Assembly (NCBI GenBank): GCA_051362555.1
Contig: CM120644.1
Location: 5,340,954-5,404,953, forward strand
DNA: 64,000 nucleotides
Direction of reading: 5' to 3'
From: Lingula anatina
Taxonomy: Eukaryota; Animalia; Brachiopoda
The notes below the pieces were generated by a model that saw only the letters and a program-made list of their open reading frames with translations, was not told the origin of the DNA and ran no database searches. Of the stretch, positions 1-12,058 are shown piece by piece. Positions within the stretch are counted from its first letter, which is position 1; each line of letters begins with the position of its first letter. Made by a program: the position numbers and the translations under genes.

Positions 1-214
1 AAGATCTATTGATATTTTATCACCCTCCCAGTGACAGTTAAATTTTCCTATTCGAATTATTTTACCCATACAATGTTTATGAAAACACACCGTCACGTTT
101 AATTCCGATACAAAAGCATTATTGGTCAGCCTCAGTCTATACGAGACAGTATTATACATGAGTTTGTCCCTGTGTGTCTTATGGTATATAATAAAGATAT
201 ATGATTGAACGCAG

Positions 215-277
215 AGGTCACTCATCTTCGCCATTTATTTCTTCTTCTGGGTTTACCTACTGCGATCTCCTCCTTGT
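215..277 (-). other. Probable 3'UTR exon of the chitin-binding gene
   Basis: Donor CGG|GTGAGT at 1007/1006, 21 nt after the stop; acceptor ttttatgttttcag| at 278/277; AATAAA on the minus strand at 239-234. The 3' end is approximate. Confidence 0.5.
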
Positions 278-1027
278 CTGAAAACATAAAACTCGATTGT
301 CATGCATATGTTCACAAAACATAAAGACAAAGGCTAGGACTGTGCGTGTTGATACTCTCTGTAATCTTAGTGGTGGACGCTGATGTCCCCTACAAGAACG
401 GACAAAATATATAAATCGCCCATCCTGTACTTAAATGCACTGGGTATTGGCAGTGAAGATAAAAAATATATATATATAAAACTAGGTCCCTGAGGCACCC
501 TATATTGGTCACTGGGTTTATATAAACTTATCTATTCCATGCAGGGGTTAAGGTCTATGTAAGTATCCCCCGTCCCTAAAAATATGAATCCTAGCCCACA
601 TTGACTATCTACGTTCTCAAATAGTTAGGAAATCTGACTGTAATTTTAGACATTTTTTTGTTTCACTGCTAACACCTTTGATTAAACACTTAAAAGCATT
701 GTAAAAAGGTTGACATTTGGATAATATATACTATTTTTTACCACAACCTACAATGTAAGGTCATAATCGTCTTTGTTTTTCTTAAATAACATTAAAATTC
801 GTGTGCGACTTTATAATTTCAAAACCAACAAAAAATAAATTCAAACATTTGCTTTAGAAATAATAATTTCTATAAGCAGAATTTCTTTCTTGGACATATG
901 AAAAAAAAAAAGAAAAGAAAAGAAAATGAGCACAATGGTCTGACTATGGAGAGTTTCAGTAACGCCACACCACAATAACCACACGTGCACATGCCTGCTC
1001 ACTCACCCGAACAAAACCCACCTTAGC

Positions 1028-1260
1028 CTAATGATTCGAAGCGAACTTTGGCGACTTCACACCACAAACTCCGTACTCGTCGTGCACCTGGCAGAAGCCT
1101 CTCCCAAAGTCGTTATTTCTTGTCCCCGAGCCGCAGCGAACACGGACGCTCTTGCTGTAGGAACACTTAACGAAGTTGCACCTGCTGTCGATGTACGGGA
1201 ATACTGCCAGCCAAGGTCCCTCTAGGTTATAGTCTCCGTCTGGGAGATGAGCACACGGAT
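1028..1260 (-). CDS. Secreted chitin-binding-like protein, coding exon 2 (CBM14/peritrophin-A-like domain)
   Basis: Acceptor ...aacacgtag|AT joins the phase-1 G to give D-PCAHLPDGDY...SRCNFVKCSYSKSVRVRCGSGTRNNDFGRGFCQVHDEYGVC...NH*. Cys spacing CX24CX4CX9CX13CX8C with PDGxY and CxxGT motifs. 151+233 nt = 127 aa plus stop. Confidence 0.82.
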
Positions 1261-1653
1261 CTACGTGTTCAGAATTCAATAGAAATATCTTGTGTTGAAA
1301 TTAGTTCACCTTTTCACTTCTGCGGTATTTTTGAGTAAACTTATCAAAGTTAAGGAGATAAAGTCACTAAAAGGCGTGAATAGGATGATTATTGACGGTC
1401 ATACTTTATGGGAGGGATTTTGATCGTGTTTAATTTAGAATAAAATACATTTCCATGTTATGCTATGCGCCATATTTACCTGCGTCATTCATTCAAATTT
1501 ACTCTTTTTACGAAACCAATGAAGATCAAATGTTTATAAAAAGATACATTTAAATAATGCTTTTAATATCAGTCACGAGATCGCCTTCTTTTGGAATAAA
1601 TCGCTCGAAATCGATGCCTTAAACTGTGTGTATGCGCGTGAGCGCGCGCGTGC

Positions 1654-1705
<52 letters not shown>

Positions 1706-1722
1706 GGTGTGATATTATCTAC

Positions 1723-1873
1723 CTGCAACGACAAGCCCTCCAGACGGAATATAAAATCCACCACTTGGATAATCTGGGTGTTTGTCTCCTCCGACTGCAT
1801 TCTGATACCAGCTCTTGGCAGATGCTCCTGCTGCGGATAGACCTACCACCAAAATAAAAAGGAGACTTTTCAT
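1723..1873 (-). CDS. Secreted chitin-binding-like protein, coding exon 1 (signal peptide and N-terminal linker)
   Basis: ATG at 1873 (minus) reads MKSLLFILVVGLSAAGASA-KSWYQNAVGGDKHPDYPSGGFYIPSGGLVVA, a typical signal peptide ending A-S-A. Ends phase 1 at CAG|GTAGAT. Not in the ORF track. Confidence 0.85.
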
Positions 1874-3808
1874 CTTGATTTTTCCACTCACTTTTCTTGT
1901 CTTTCAACGGCAACAAAGAACCTTTCAATTCCTCTCTGATTCAATTTCTGTTTAACTGACCACACGGTGCTTTATTTCCCGTGACAGAGGGGGTCGGACG
2001 GGGGTACCGCAAGGCCATCAAAATCTCCTTAAATACCCAGCCAAGGAAAGAGACTGGCAAATAAATGAATAAATCATCGGATAACGAAATATCCAAAATT
2101 GAGCACGACGCCAGATGCACGCTAATAGTAAAATATATGTAAACACTTCAGACAGATATTCTTAATTTTAAGGATAATTTCAAAATAAATTAAAAAATAA
2201 TAACCCTTATGTAGGTTCTTAGATCTTACAAATAATGCATTTGTGAATTGTTAATATTTTGCGGAGTTCCTATCTCCCCTTTTCACCCTCACCTGTGGCG
2301 CCCATATCCTGTTCTTATGGCGGAACAATTGACGAAAAAGTCTGCCAAGCGCCGAGGGGCGTTTGTACAACACGAGAGTCATAAAATTAATACACCTGAT
2401 TGTAAACGCTATGCTATTTACTATGGGTAAGTAGCTGTCATACATGTTAATAATGTATTATTGGGTATAAAAATAAAAATGTTTCACATTCCGAAATCTT
2501 CTTTCGAAGATTAATGATTTGTTTATTGATCGTAAAAATGTGTTTAGATTTTGGGAAGGAGCACCGCAATACCTACAGGTAGGATAGTGCGGTGAATCAA
2601 GGAGTTATAACTCCTTGGGTGAATGCAATATTAGTGCAATATCACTCATCTCCTTCCAAGAAAGCATTCTATTGTCTCATTAACTGCTATCATTACAAAC
2701 GCTCTATTTGTCGTCCTTGAATCTCTTAAAAGACCATTACAAAAAGAAAAAAAAAATAGAAGAAAATCAGGGACTAACTTTGAACGTAGAAATGGATTCA
2801 TTAACCATTGGCAAGTATGGAAAAATTGTTGGTACATATGAACCGAGCGTCGGTGGAGCATGGATTCCCAGTAACACATATAATCCACTTCTAATAGTTT
2901 CTTATACAACTCAAATAATTTCGACATGCCAAGGGAAACGCAGCATAAATTACTCGATCAGCCATAAAAGAACTTTGGACTTCTCTTTAATTTTTTGGTC
3001 AGAAATTTAACCTACTTTTAAATTGTAACCTGCTTTTCTACCCCATTCATATACAGCATAGAAAGCTAGCAGAAAAATGTGTTCAAATATCATTTTTCGG
3101 GTAATATTAAACAATGTCCTTTGGTAATTATCTTAGTTTTACTTTTTGAAACTATATGCTGACATGTGGCTGGCTTTTGTGCCAACAAATTGACTCCATA
3201 TGCATCTTTAAAAACTGGACAATCACTGCAACTAACAGCAGCTGACGTAATGCTTGGGCTATGAACTGTAATGCACTTAACAGATTGCTGATTTTAACAA
3301 AAGTTAGTTTATACAAATGTAATATGAAAAACATTACCCTACAAATAAAATATATTGAAATGTAATGGAGACAGGCCTACATCGCAGAGAGAAATATACC
3401 GTAAATAAGTGTAGCAAACATGACAAGAGACAAATTTAATAAGAAATGGAAAAAGTTGCACCCTCTCCTCTTAGAGCACCACATCACACCAACTGTAAAC
3501 CGCGTTAAACAGTTAAAAAGGCATCTTCCGGGCGGAATTATCTGCCAAATATTTTTTCTCAAAATTCACTCTGAAATAGTCATATTTATTGCCATGTTTT
3601 ATTAGATAATTTTAAATTTTTATTTAAAAATATTCTATATTTGCTTTTTTATTGATAGATGTCCATGTCTGACAATGAAAGTGCATATACATGTACATGC
3701 ATGTTATGTGAAATAAGCACCTCAATGCTGTAAGAAAAACAACTATCGCAACTATCGTATTATTTTCAAAACCTCTTAAATAAAGTTCTTCTTGATTTCT
3801 TGTAAAGT

Positions 3809-3867
3809 GCTGCCATCTAGCGTAATTAGGTCACGTGACTTTGTTGTACTCAGGTAGCCGCCATTTT
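3809..3867. promoter_or_regulatory. Candidate core promoter of the PTPN3/4-like gene
   Basis: Cluster of a CTCF-like TGCCATCTAGCG (3811), palindromic E-box GTCACGTGAC (3830-3839) and YY1 consensus GCCGCCATTTT (3857-3867), at the edge of CpG-retaining sequence. Confidence 0.6.
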
Positions 3868-3998
3868 TATTGACGCCGCCAACGTTGGCAATATTACCGT
3901 ACAGATTTAAACAGCGCATTTACAAAACATAAACGTTCAGTGTTTAAATTATCACATGGATTTTACTTATGAAAGGCAGGGTTAACTACTAGAGATCG
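3850..3998 (+). other. Putative non-coding first exon of the PTPN3/4-like gene
   Basis: Follows the promoter motifs and ends at strong donor TCG|GTGAGT (3998/3999). Start is approximate. Confidence 0.55.
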
Positions 3999-4825
3999 GT
4001 GAGTACAATCGAGTGTTGATATTCCCTAGAAACGGGCATTGTTTTGAGGGGGCTGTGCACGTGAGAACAGAGAGGGGGTAGTACCTGCTATAAAAGAGAT
4101 GGTGTGAGCGAGGGAAGCGTGAGTCATCAGCTCTCATACTGTTTACCTGACCCCGGTCTTTTATGTCTTATGTATAGGTCAAACTTCTGTCGTATAGAAT
4201 TGTGAGGGTTTTGGCTGGATTTGTTAAAATTATACGTGCTGTTCTCGCTATGATTATCAAAACAATAACTTTGCCAACAACCATTCTCTCTCTCTCTCTC
4301 TCTCCCTCTCTCTCATATCAAAATCTGCAAGCTAAGAATGAACGTTTATTAAGTGCAGTTAGCATAAAGCCCTTCTGATTCCTATTTGTGATATTCAGTA
4401 TATGTGGCGATATATGGAATTTACATAAAAAGATATGTCCAAGTTCTAGCAGTGATACCGTGGCATCAAGAGACTATTCATCCCCCTTCCTGCTGTGGTC
4501 AACCTACATCCTCTCAACCCAGGATTTAGGACAGCCAAATATTTACCCTCCTCCTTCCTTTGGGCCCTTACCCTCTGTTTACACCCCTGTGTTGTTGTTG
4601 TTATTGATGTTGTTACAACTTTTGATAACTGTTGGTCATCTTGAACAAGGGCTTCGTAAGCTAGGTGTGGAAGAAATGGGGTGCAGTACCACACACCTGA
4701 AGTATACATGCTGCAAAACCCTCATGTACTTCACTTGGTGTTTAAGACTTTTTGTTTGTTTCAGTATGGTTTTGTTTTACATTACTTTTCATGTATTGTC
4801 CTTGCCCATAACTATTGGTCACCAC

Positions 4826-4856
<31 letters not shown>

Positions 4857-7800
4857 ACTTACAAATATGCACTGTTGACCCCTATCACTAATGTGGCTGA
4901 AATTGTTTGTTTTGCATCCTGTTAACTTTGTAAACAACTGATAAGGCATGTGCTGTCGATAAACAGTGACAGAAATAGATAAATCTGAACTTTACATAGC
5001 AGACATGATGATTTAACTTAATTATGATCTTCTTATCAGTTTTCATGTCCAATTTAATTATTTTGAAATCTGAAGTGCTCTTTATCATGTAATGTCTGTG
5101 TAAAAACAACTTTCGTTATCTTCTCCCTGTTTCACTTCAAAAACCATTTCCCCAGTAGATAGTATGATAATGAAAGATGGCAGTCTGAACCATTTGCTAT
5201 CAAGCAATACTAAACAAAATGATGAGAGCAGTCAATTAAAATTTGAAACAAAAAAAAAGTAGCTTTGAAAGCCAAATATAGTATATGATGTGCTGAACAT
5301 TTGGCTGTTAGTGACAAGTGTAATTGTAGTGGCAGAGCTCTGGCTGACAATGAACTAGATATAGTGTAATTATACCAAGCAACCTTTCATTAGACATCAT
5401 TATCAGTATCTCTCTGTAATAAAAACTGAAGATATCTGGCAAATGAGGATAGGTACACTAAATAACACTGAGATACATCTGAACATATTGAGCTAGAACA
5501 CTGAACATGACCAGCCTTAATATCCCAATTATATAGATTGGAATTTCAAAGAGAGAAAACAGACAGCTTTTTGGTAAACATCATTATTTGTTCAAGAGGT
5601 TCAGACATGAAGGCAGTCATTTACTGGCATTTAGTGGGAAGGTTTGGTATGTGCTGGATATCTTCTGAATAGAATGACTGAATATATAAGTTCATGAAAT
5701 AATGTCTTAATAATTGAAGATCTGTATTGATGAAGTACAGTGTGATATTTGGTATTGCCTTATCACAGGTATAAAACTGGACAGCAGTGAAGGCATGTGT
5801 ACAGACACCAAACATAGCTGAACAAAATTCAGTGATGTTATTTTTACCAAGTGTAACATATTACCATAACACCTAGAAATGGGGGGTTTAAAACCTTAGA
5901 GTTGGATTTTATGAAGTTATTCTTTTTATCTGTAAGTGAACAATGGTTGAAATGTGTAGGGATCATTGTGTTGGTGATCATCTGAGATAAGTACAGGTGT
6001 CAGGAGGGAGTGATATTTGTAATTGAACAATAATAGATAATGATGTCACTGGTTGATACTGTGTTACTAGTATGTGATTTGTGCCATTTGTGATTGTTGT
6101 AGACAAAATGCTTTGCTTTTGTTGAATTGGTTTAAAATACTAAAGTGCATGTGTGATGCTGATTTTAGAAAACTATTTAGAAAAACATTGTATGTCAACT
6201 TGGTAATACTATTGCCTAAATACCATAATTTATTTTTTGGGGTCAAATTGAGAAAGAATTCGGTTTGAGGGGAAAAAAAACATGAAAGGACTCTCTCTAA
6301 TATGATGCTGTGACACTATAAAAATGAGCAACATATGCCAGCAAATAGAACCTTCCTTATGTAGAACATACACCGCCATTTTTTCATAACTATGCAGGCC
6401 AGCGCAGTTGTTACTGTCCCGCAGGCTATTGACCACTCACCTTTTGCCTTTGTACAGCCTGCGAGCCTCTTAAACAGAGGGACATAATAGATAATAAAAA
6501 CCCCTATCTGATCTCGTAGTATAATTTTTCATCCATTAGAATGATTAGAATGATTACAATTTTGTCTGTCCAAAAAAGTATATTTGGTAGTGCTTAAATC
6601 ACTGCATGCATTATGGATCATTTTGTGTGGAAAATCATGAATTTAATTTTCTTTGTAAATCCCGGAATGAAAATTTGAATAGTTACATTTGAATGGCAGA
6701 TTAGTGAAAAAAGAAAAATTGAACAAAAGGCATCAGGTGTGGCTGCAACATTTTTTTATCGAAGAAAAGGATATCTGGCGCAGAAGGTACTGTATCAGTT
6801 TCTAGTTAGAAAAAAAATCCTGCTTTTTGACCTTTACATGTCCTCTGATAATTACTGTCATTGTTAAAGTGAGTTATCCTTTGATGTATATTGTCTACCA
6901 GTAATTGCTTTTTGGTTAAACTTTGTTTTTAGATCAATTCATATTGGGTGACTACTTCTTGCTGAAACAAAATAACTTCGTAATTCTCAAATGAAGCAAA
7001 ATATTTTGTGGATGAAATATTAGTCGTAAACTAAATAAAGCATTTCTACTATAACTTTTCTCTGCCATAAAAAAAAAGCTATTTTCCTTGAAGCATTTGT
7101 TATAATGACACCATGCCTGATGATGCATTTGTAGCCAAAATTATTATTAACTGCATATTAGGTGAATAATAATTTTGTATGATAAAGTCAATGAAAAATT
7201 TGGGAAACTTCAAAGAAAATGTAAAAAAAAACATTTTCTTTAAAAATAATATTAGAATTTGTTCAGCATTTGACAGAAATTGATTCCAAGAGAGAGAGAG
7301 AGCCCTGAGTTATGTCTCATTTAAAAACAAGCAACTCATCTAAATGTTATTCTCCTTGCCCTGTAGACTTTCAAATGACCTTGTACATCATCGGTGTGTT
7401 GTACTATAACCATGTTTCTCACACTGTTAACTGCATTTTGGCTGCTGCTGCATCGCGGTAACTTCATTAACTCTGGCTGACAAGATGGCTGGCCAGATGG
7501 ATGTTCACATTTCCATTTTCTTCAGAGAAAATGTTTTTTTACGGGCAAGCATGAACTGCAATTGTTTATTTGCGATGTCAGAAAACTCCCATTAATCTTT
7601 CTTTATTTGATTGATTGATATTACAGTATCCTGTATTGAAACTTATTGCTGAGAGTTTTGTGTTTTTCCTTGTTCTTAAGGGGTAAGCTGGAATAACAAT
7701 TATCTTCTACATCAATAAACCTTCCGTCTTTAATATTGAGATTTCAGAGCCCTGCATTGTTAATTGTTGATGACTTTGGTGTTTTACCTCCAATTCCACA

Positions 7801-8316
7801 ATTCAAGTATTAAAAACATGTAGTATCAAAGTTTTTATTATTATATTTATTTGCAGAAACTATGAAGAACATTTTAAAAATTTAAATCCTGGAATTATTT
7901 TCACCAAAGTTCAGTTGCAACTTTGTTTTTGTGCTTCATATCAGGAGCCTGGCAAAGGAACTGTGGTGCAAACTTATGCACTTTAAGGAATGTATACTAG
8001 TATAAATCAGCATATATGTAAGATTTGTATGTCTACAGCCATAGCCTTCTCTTCAGCTGCAAACTTTGAGACTAATCATTCATCCTGGAAATTCATTTTG
8101 TTTGTAGGTTAATGTTTGCTGATCTTTTAGGCTGCAGTTTGTTTGGTTCTGGCCCAGTTTATAGTACAAAACAATAGTTCTGGAAACAGTCTTGCAAAAA
8201 AAAAAAAAAAAAAAAAAAAAGGAGGAAGCCGACCCACTTTCACACCTAGATATTGATATAGATCTAAAAAGAACTACTAGTAATTCTCTTCGAATTTCAG
8301 GGTGAAGGTAGACCTA

Positions 8317-8527
8317 GGGTGCATTCCCAGAGATTTAGATTTAGATGTCCAGACCTAACTCCCTGGGGGTTCACGCTAAATTGCAGTCAGCCGAGCGCGC
8401 ACCATAGTGAATTACCCCCTTACAGCTTTCAGTAGGCGGGACAGACACTTAAGCCGGCTAAGCTGACTGTAATCTAGTAAGACTCCCCACAGGGATAGAT
8501 CGATCTAAAATCTATGGGAATGGGGTC
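8317..8527. mobile_element. MITE family A copy 1 (PIF/Harbinger-type)
   Basis: Imperfect TIRs (ATTCCCAGAGATTTAGAT / ATCTAAAATCTATGGGAAT), flanks CTA/TTA, core GACCTAACTCCCTGGGGGTTCACGCTAAAT shared with five other copies. Confidence 0.85.
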
Positions 8528-8537
8528 TTAGACACTA

Positions 8538-8615
8538 CTGATGAACCAGCATTTTTCTATTAGTCTCCTAGGACCTGATGAACCAGCCTATTTCTATCAA
8601 TCTCCTAGGACCTGG
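8538..8615. repeat. Tandem duplication, ~37 bp x2
   Basis: CTGATGAACCAGC...TTTCTAT...TCTCCTAGGAC occurs twice, next to MITE copy 1. Confidence 0.8.
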
Positions 8616-9438
8616 AAAAGCAAACTAGAGACCTGGATATGTATCAGTCTGCAAGGAACTGTCAAGGGAATGAAGAGCATTGAACCTTTCATCTGTGTTA
8701 TTTTTTTTTCCCAAAGCCTACTGGAATAACTAGTAAATTGTCATATTTTTCCATCATTATTATTATTATTGGTGAGGGTATTTCTCTCCGTTTCAGTTAC
8801 TGTCTGGAAATCTGACTTTTAAAGAACATCTGGCAGAATGAAGATAAAATATTTTTCTGTACAATGATTATTGAACAAAATGTTGAATGGTGATTCCATT
8901 GCGTGTCAGTAAGTTCTAGTATACGTGTACAAATTCTGTACTGGTAGGTGTATGCTGGTGAAATGAAGAAATGAATTATTGAGTATTGTGTAAGAATATA
9001 AAGCCAGGAAAATTTAAAAAAAAAAAAAAAACTGCCACAAAGGATTGACTAAAAAAAAAAAAACAAACAACTCGTATCACGATGTCTCAGATGATAATTG
9101 GAAGGACACCTTGCCATAATTTCTGTATTGAGCGGTCATATTAGCTGACTGAGGACTGGCAAATCACCTCGTCTGTCGGTGCTCAGCACACTGGTAATAA
9201 CTGTAACAAGATTTATGATGGACTGTAATGTCTTTTCTATGGTACTTGCCCTCCCATTTTTTAGTTCTTTATGAGCACAATTTAAGTTTGAAAGAGAGAG
9301 AGAGAGAGAGAGTTGAGGGGGGGAGGAAGAGGGTACAGGAGGGAGTGGGTTACACAGTGGTTGGTCTTCCTGTGAAAAATTTCTGTCTGAGTGTTAGTTT
9401 TAATTAAAATTTAAATGGGTGTGTTGCAATACAATAAA

Positions 9439-11378
9439 GGGCCAATCCGTGGTATTTGTGTCCTGGGCATAAAATTTTCAAATGCACAAAAATCAATCAA
9501 AAGTTGCATTTTCTGAAAGAAGAGACTTCAGGGGATAAGAATTTGTAAAAGATTTATCTGTATTTTTTGAATTCATGATTTTATAGCGCATTAAACTTGA
9601 AAAATGTGAAAATTAGCATTACGGACGGAATTTTTTATTTTTTGCATATAACACTCAAAATAAATTTTAATCAATATCTTTCAATTGAGACATAAATTAC
9701 AGCAAGTCCTTGGGGTAAACACATAAAAAATCAAGTGAAATCTTTAAAAAATAGTTAATTAATCATTAATCCAAAGTCATTTTTTCCGTCCGTAATGATT
9801 TGGGCTCTATTTTTTAAGTTTTTTTAAAGACTACTTGGCAGAAATAAATTTCCTTTCATATTCTCCTCATACTAGTCCTATGTTTACCAAATATCCAAAA
9901 AAATTTTTTTTTAACATATTTGAAGACAAATTAATTTCATAATTAAAAAATCATTACGGACGGAAAATTAGCATTACGGACGGAAAGGCATAGCTACCTG
10001 GCTATAACATTTCTACTGAGTGGTTTCATGTGGCATACTCAAGTAATTGATTTATGAATTTTAAAACTAAAGAAGAACTGTTTCCCGAATAAAGATTTAT
10101 TCTAAAAAAAAAAGATTATTCAAAAATGCAGGATTTAAAGTCAAAAAGTGCTTTTTCTTACCTGGCAAGACTTGTCAACATCTGTCGCACTTGTCAATTA
10201 GTGGCATTTGAATTGTGCATTAAGGATCACTTATGATCATGGCTTCTCCTGGATATTTTTAGTTACTTTGATTGCAATTTGAAGATAAAATGTGCTTTTG
10301 ATCACTTACCTGTCATATACAAGTTGCATATACCTGGGAGATGAGCAGTTAAGATAATTACTGACCGCAGTTAATCAAAGATTACTAGAGGCCATGCCTT
10401 TGTTCCGGCACCATGCCACTTACCTGAAATTATCCTATATCCTCAGAAAATTTATTTAGGTCAAATTACATTCATAGATGGTGGTGATATAGAAGTAACT
10501 TTTCTCTGAGCAAAGGACAAGTAAAAAAAACTATTTGCCTTTCCTTCTCAAGAAGACAGAGCATGGATTTCCAGTGACCAAATTATCAAACCTGTATCAT
10601 TCCCTGTGATGGACCAATGCCAGAGATACAAATTCTATGTTGGTCTTAATGTGTCAGAATAAAAACAGTGTTTAAACTTTAGCATGAGAAAAAAGGACTT
10701 AAAAATGTAGCTTTTCTGAATTAGCATTCAACACAGAATTTTAAACAATGACAATATGAGAACACAAGGGATCTCTTATTTCTGAAAGTGTAGACTTTAG
10801 TTAGTTTTTGTAATTTGAAATAGCTCACAAAAATATTTGAGTTGACATCAAAAATAACTTCCCATTATGTACATATTTAGTAAAAAGTTAACTTTTACCA
10901 TGAATAAATGATTAATTGTACTTTTTTAATGGCTTCTGTGTAAGTTTTGCACTCTGGACAAATTTTCCGTCCGTAATTTTCCGTCCGTAATCTGACATGA
11001 TTTTTTAAACTTCAAAAATTTCCTAACAAAAAAAAATTTTTTAACTAACCTTTTACATTTCTAGTAACTAGAATAATGAAATTGTCATGTCAAAGCAGTT
11101 TTATCTTTAAAAAGCCACAAACAGAGCAGAGTTTTGAAGTTGAAGTTGATTAATAAAAATGCTTGTCCATTTTTTTCCGTCCGTAATGGTGATCAATAAC
11201 CAATATTTCTCAAAAACTAATAGATGTTATTTCAAGTTTTTTGGTCACAAATTTAGGCTTGCACTAATCAATATTCCTGCCAAATTTGAACAATGTATGT
11301 ATTATAGTTCTTGTAGAATTTATTTTTAAAGTGTCAAAATTCCGTCCGTAATGCAAAACGAATACCACGGAATGCCCC
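9439..11378 (+). mobile_element. Non-autonomous DNA transposon (~1.9 kb) with TIRs, repeated subterminal motif and decayed ORF
   Basis: TIRs GGGCCAATCCGTGGTATT / AATACCACGGAATGCCCC; eight copies of TTACGGACGGAA in both orientations; stop-interrupted frame at 10441-10662. Superfamily unassigned. Confidence 0.8.
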
Positions 11379-11860
11379 TAATACTCATGAGTGATTTCAA
11401 CGACCTATCTTCATGTTAATCAGTGGGTGTCACTGTATCTGAGGCAGGGGTCATTCATCTATCAAAGATGATCTGCTGTCACCTGTGACATCACAGGGTC
11501 CCCTCCCCCCACCCCCACCCCCACCCTGTATTACTTGCATTTAGACATTCATGGAATTGGTCATTGATAGCAATTAATCATAATGCTGCCAATAATCATT
11601 CAGACTAGTGCTGATTGTCTTGAATACCGGTGGTCATTACCTTGCAACAGGTTTTTAAAGGTGTGTTAATGGGCCAGGCCTTGTGGATGATGGTCACTCA
11701 TCTTTTGGACAGCTCATTATTACTGAGATCAAAGAGGACAGAAAGAGAGAGAGAGATGGGGAAATGATGCCAATTTCAAGTTCACATTTCCTGTTGACAT
11801 GTATGTATATCATACCCAACTGTTATGTTTCTAATGATGCTGTCCTTCCACTGAGATTAA

Positions 11861-12058
11861 GACCCTGTTCCCACAGATTTTATATTGATCTATCCCTGTG
11901 GGGAGTCTTACTAGATTACTGTCAGCTTAGCCGGCTTAAGCATCTGTCCCGCCTATTTAAAGCTGTAAGTAGGTAATTAACTGATATCAATTTAACATGA
12001 ACCCCCAGGGAGTTAGGTCGATCTAGATGGATTGATCTAAATCTATGGAAATGCACTC
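11861..12058. mobile_element. MITE family A copy 2 (inverted relative to copy 1)
   Basis: Same core in reverse (GAACCCCCAGGGAGTTAGGTCGATC); flanks TAA/TTA. Confidence 0.85.

Noticed and set aside
3377-3422. MFATLIYGIFLSAM as the signal-peptide exon of the minus-strand gene
   Set aside because: A complete in-frame signal peptide already starts at 1873, so this exon is unnecessary.
4388-4891. Longest ORF in the track (167 aa)
   Set aside because: GTG start, low-complexity TTG and poly-A content, no recognisable domain, and it lies in the first intron.
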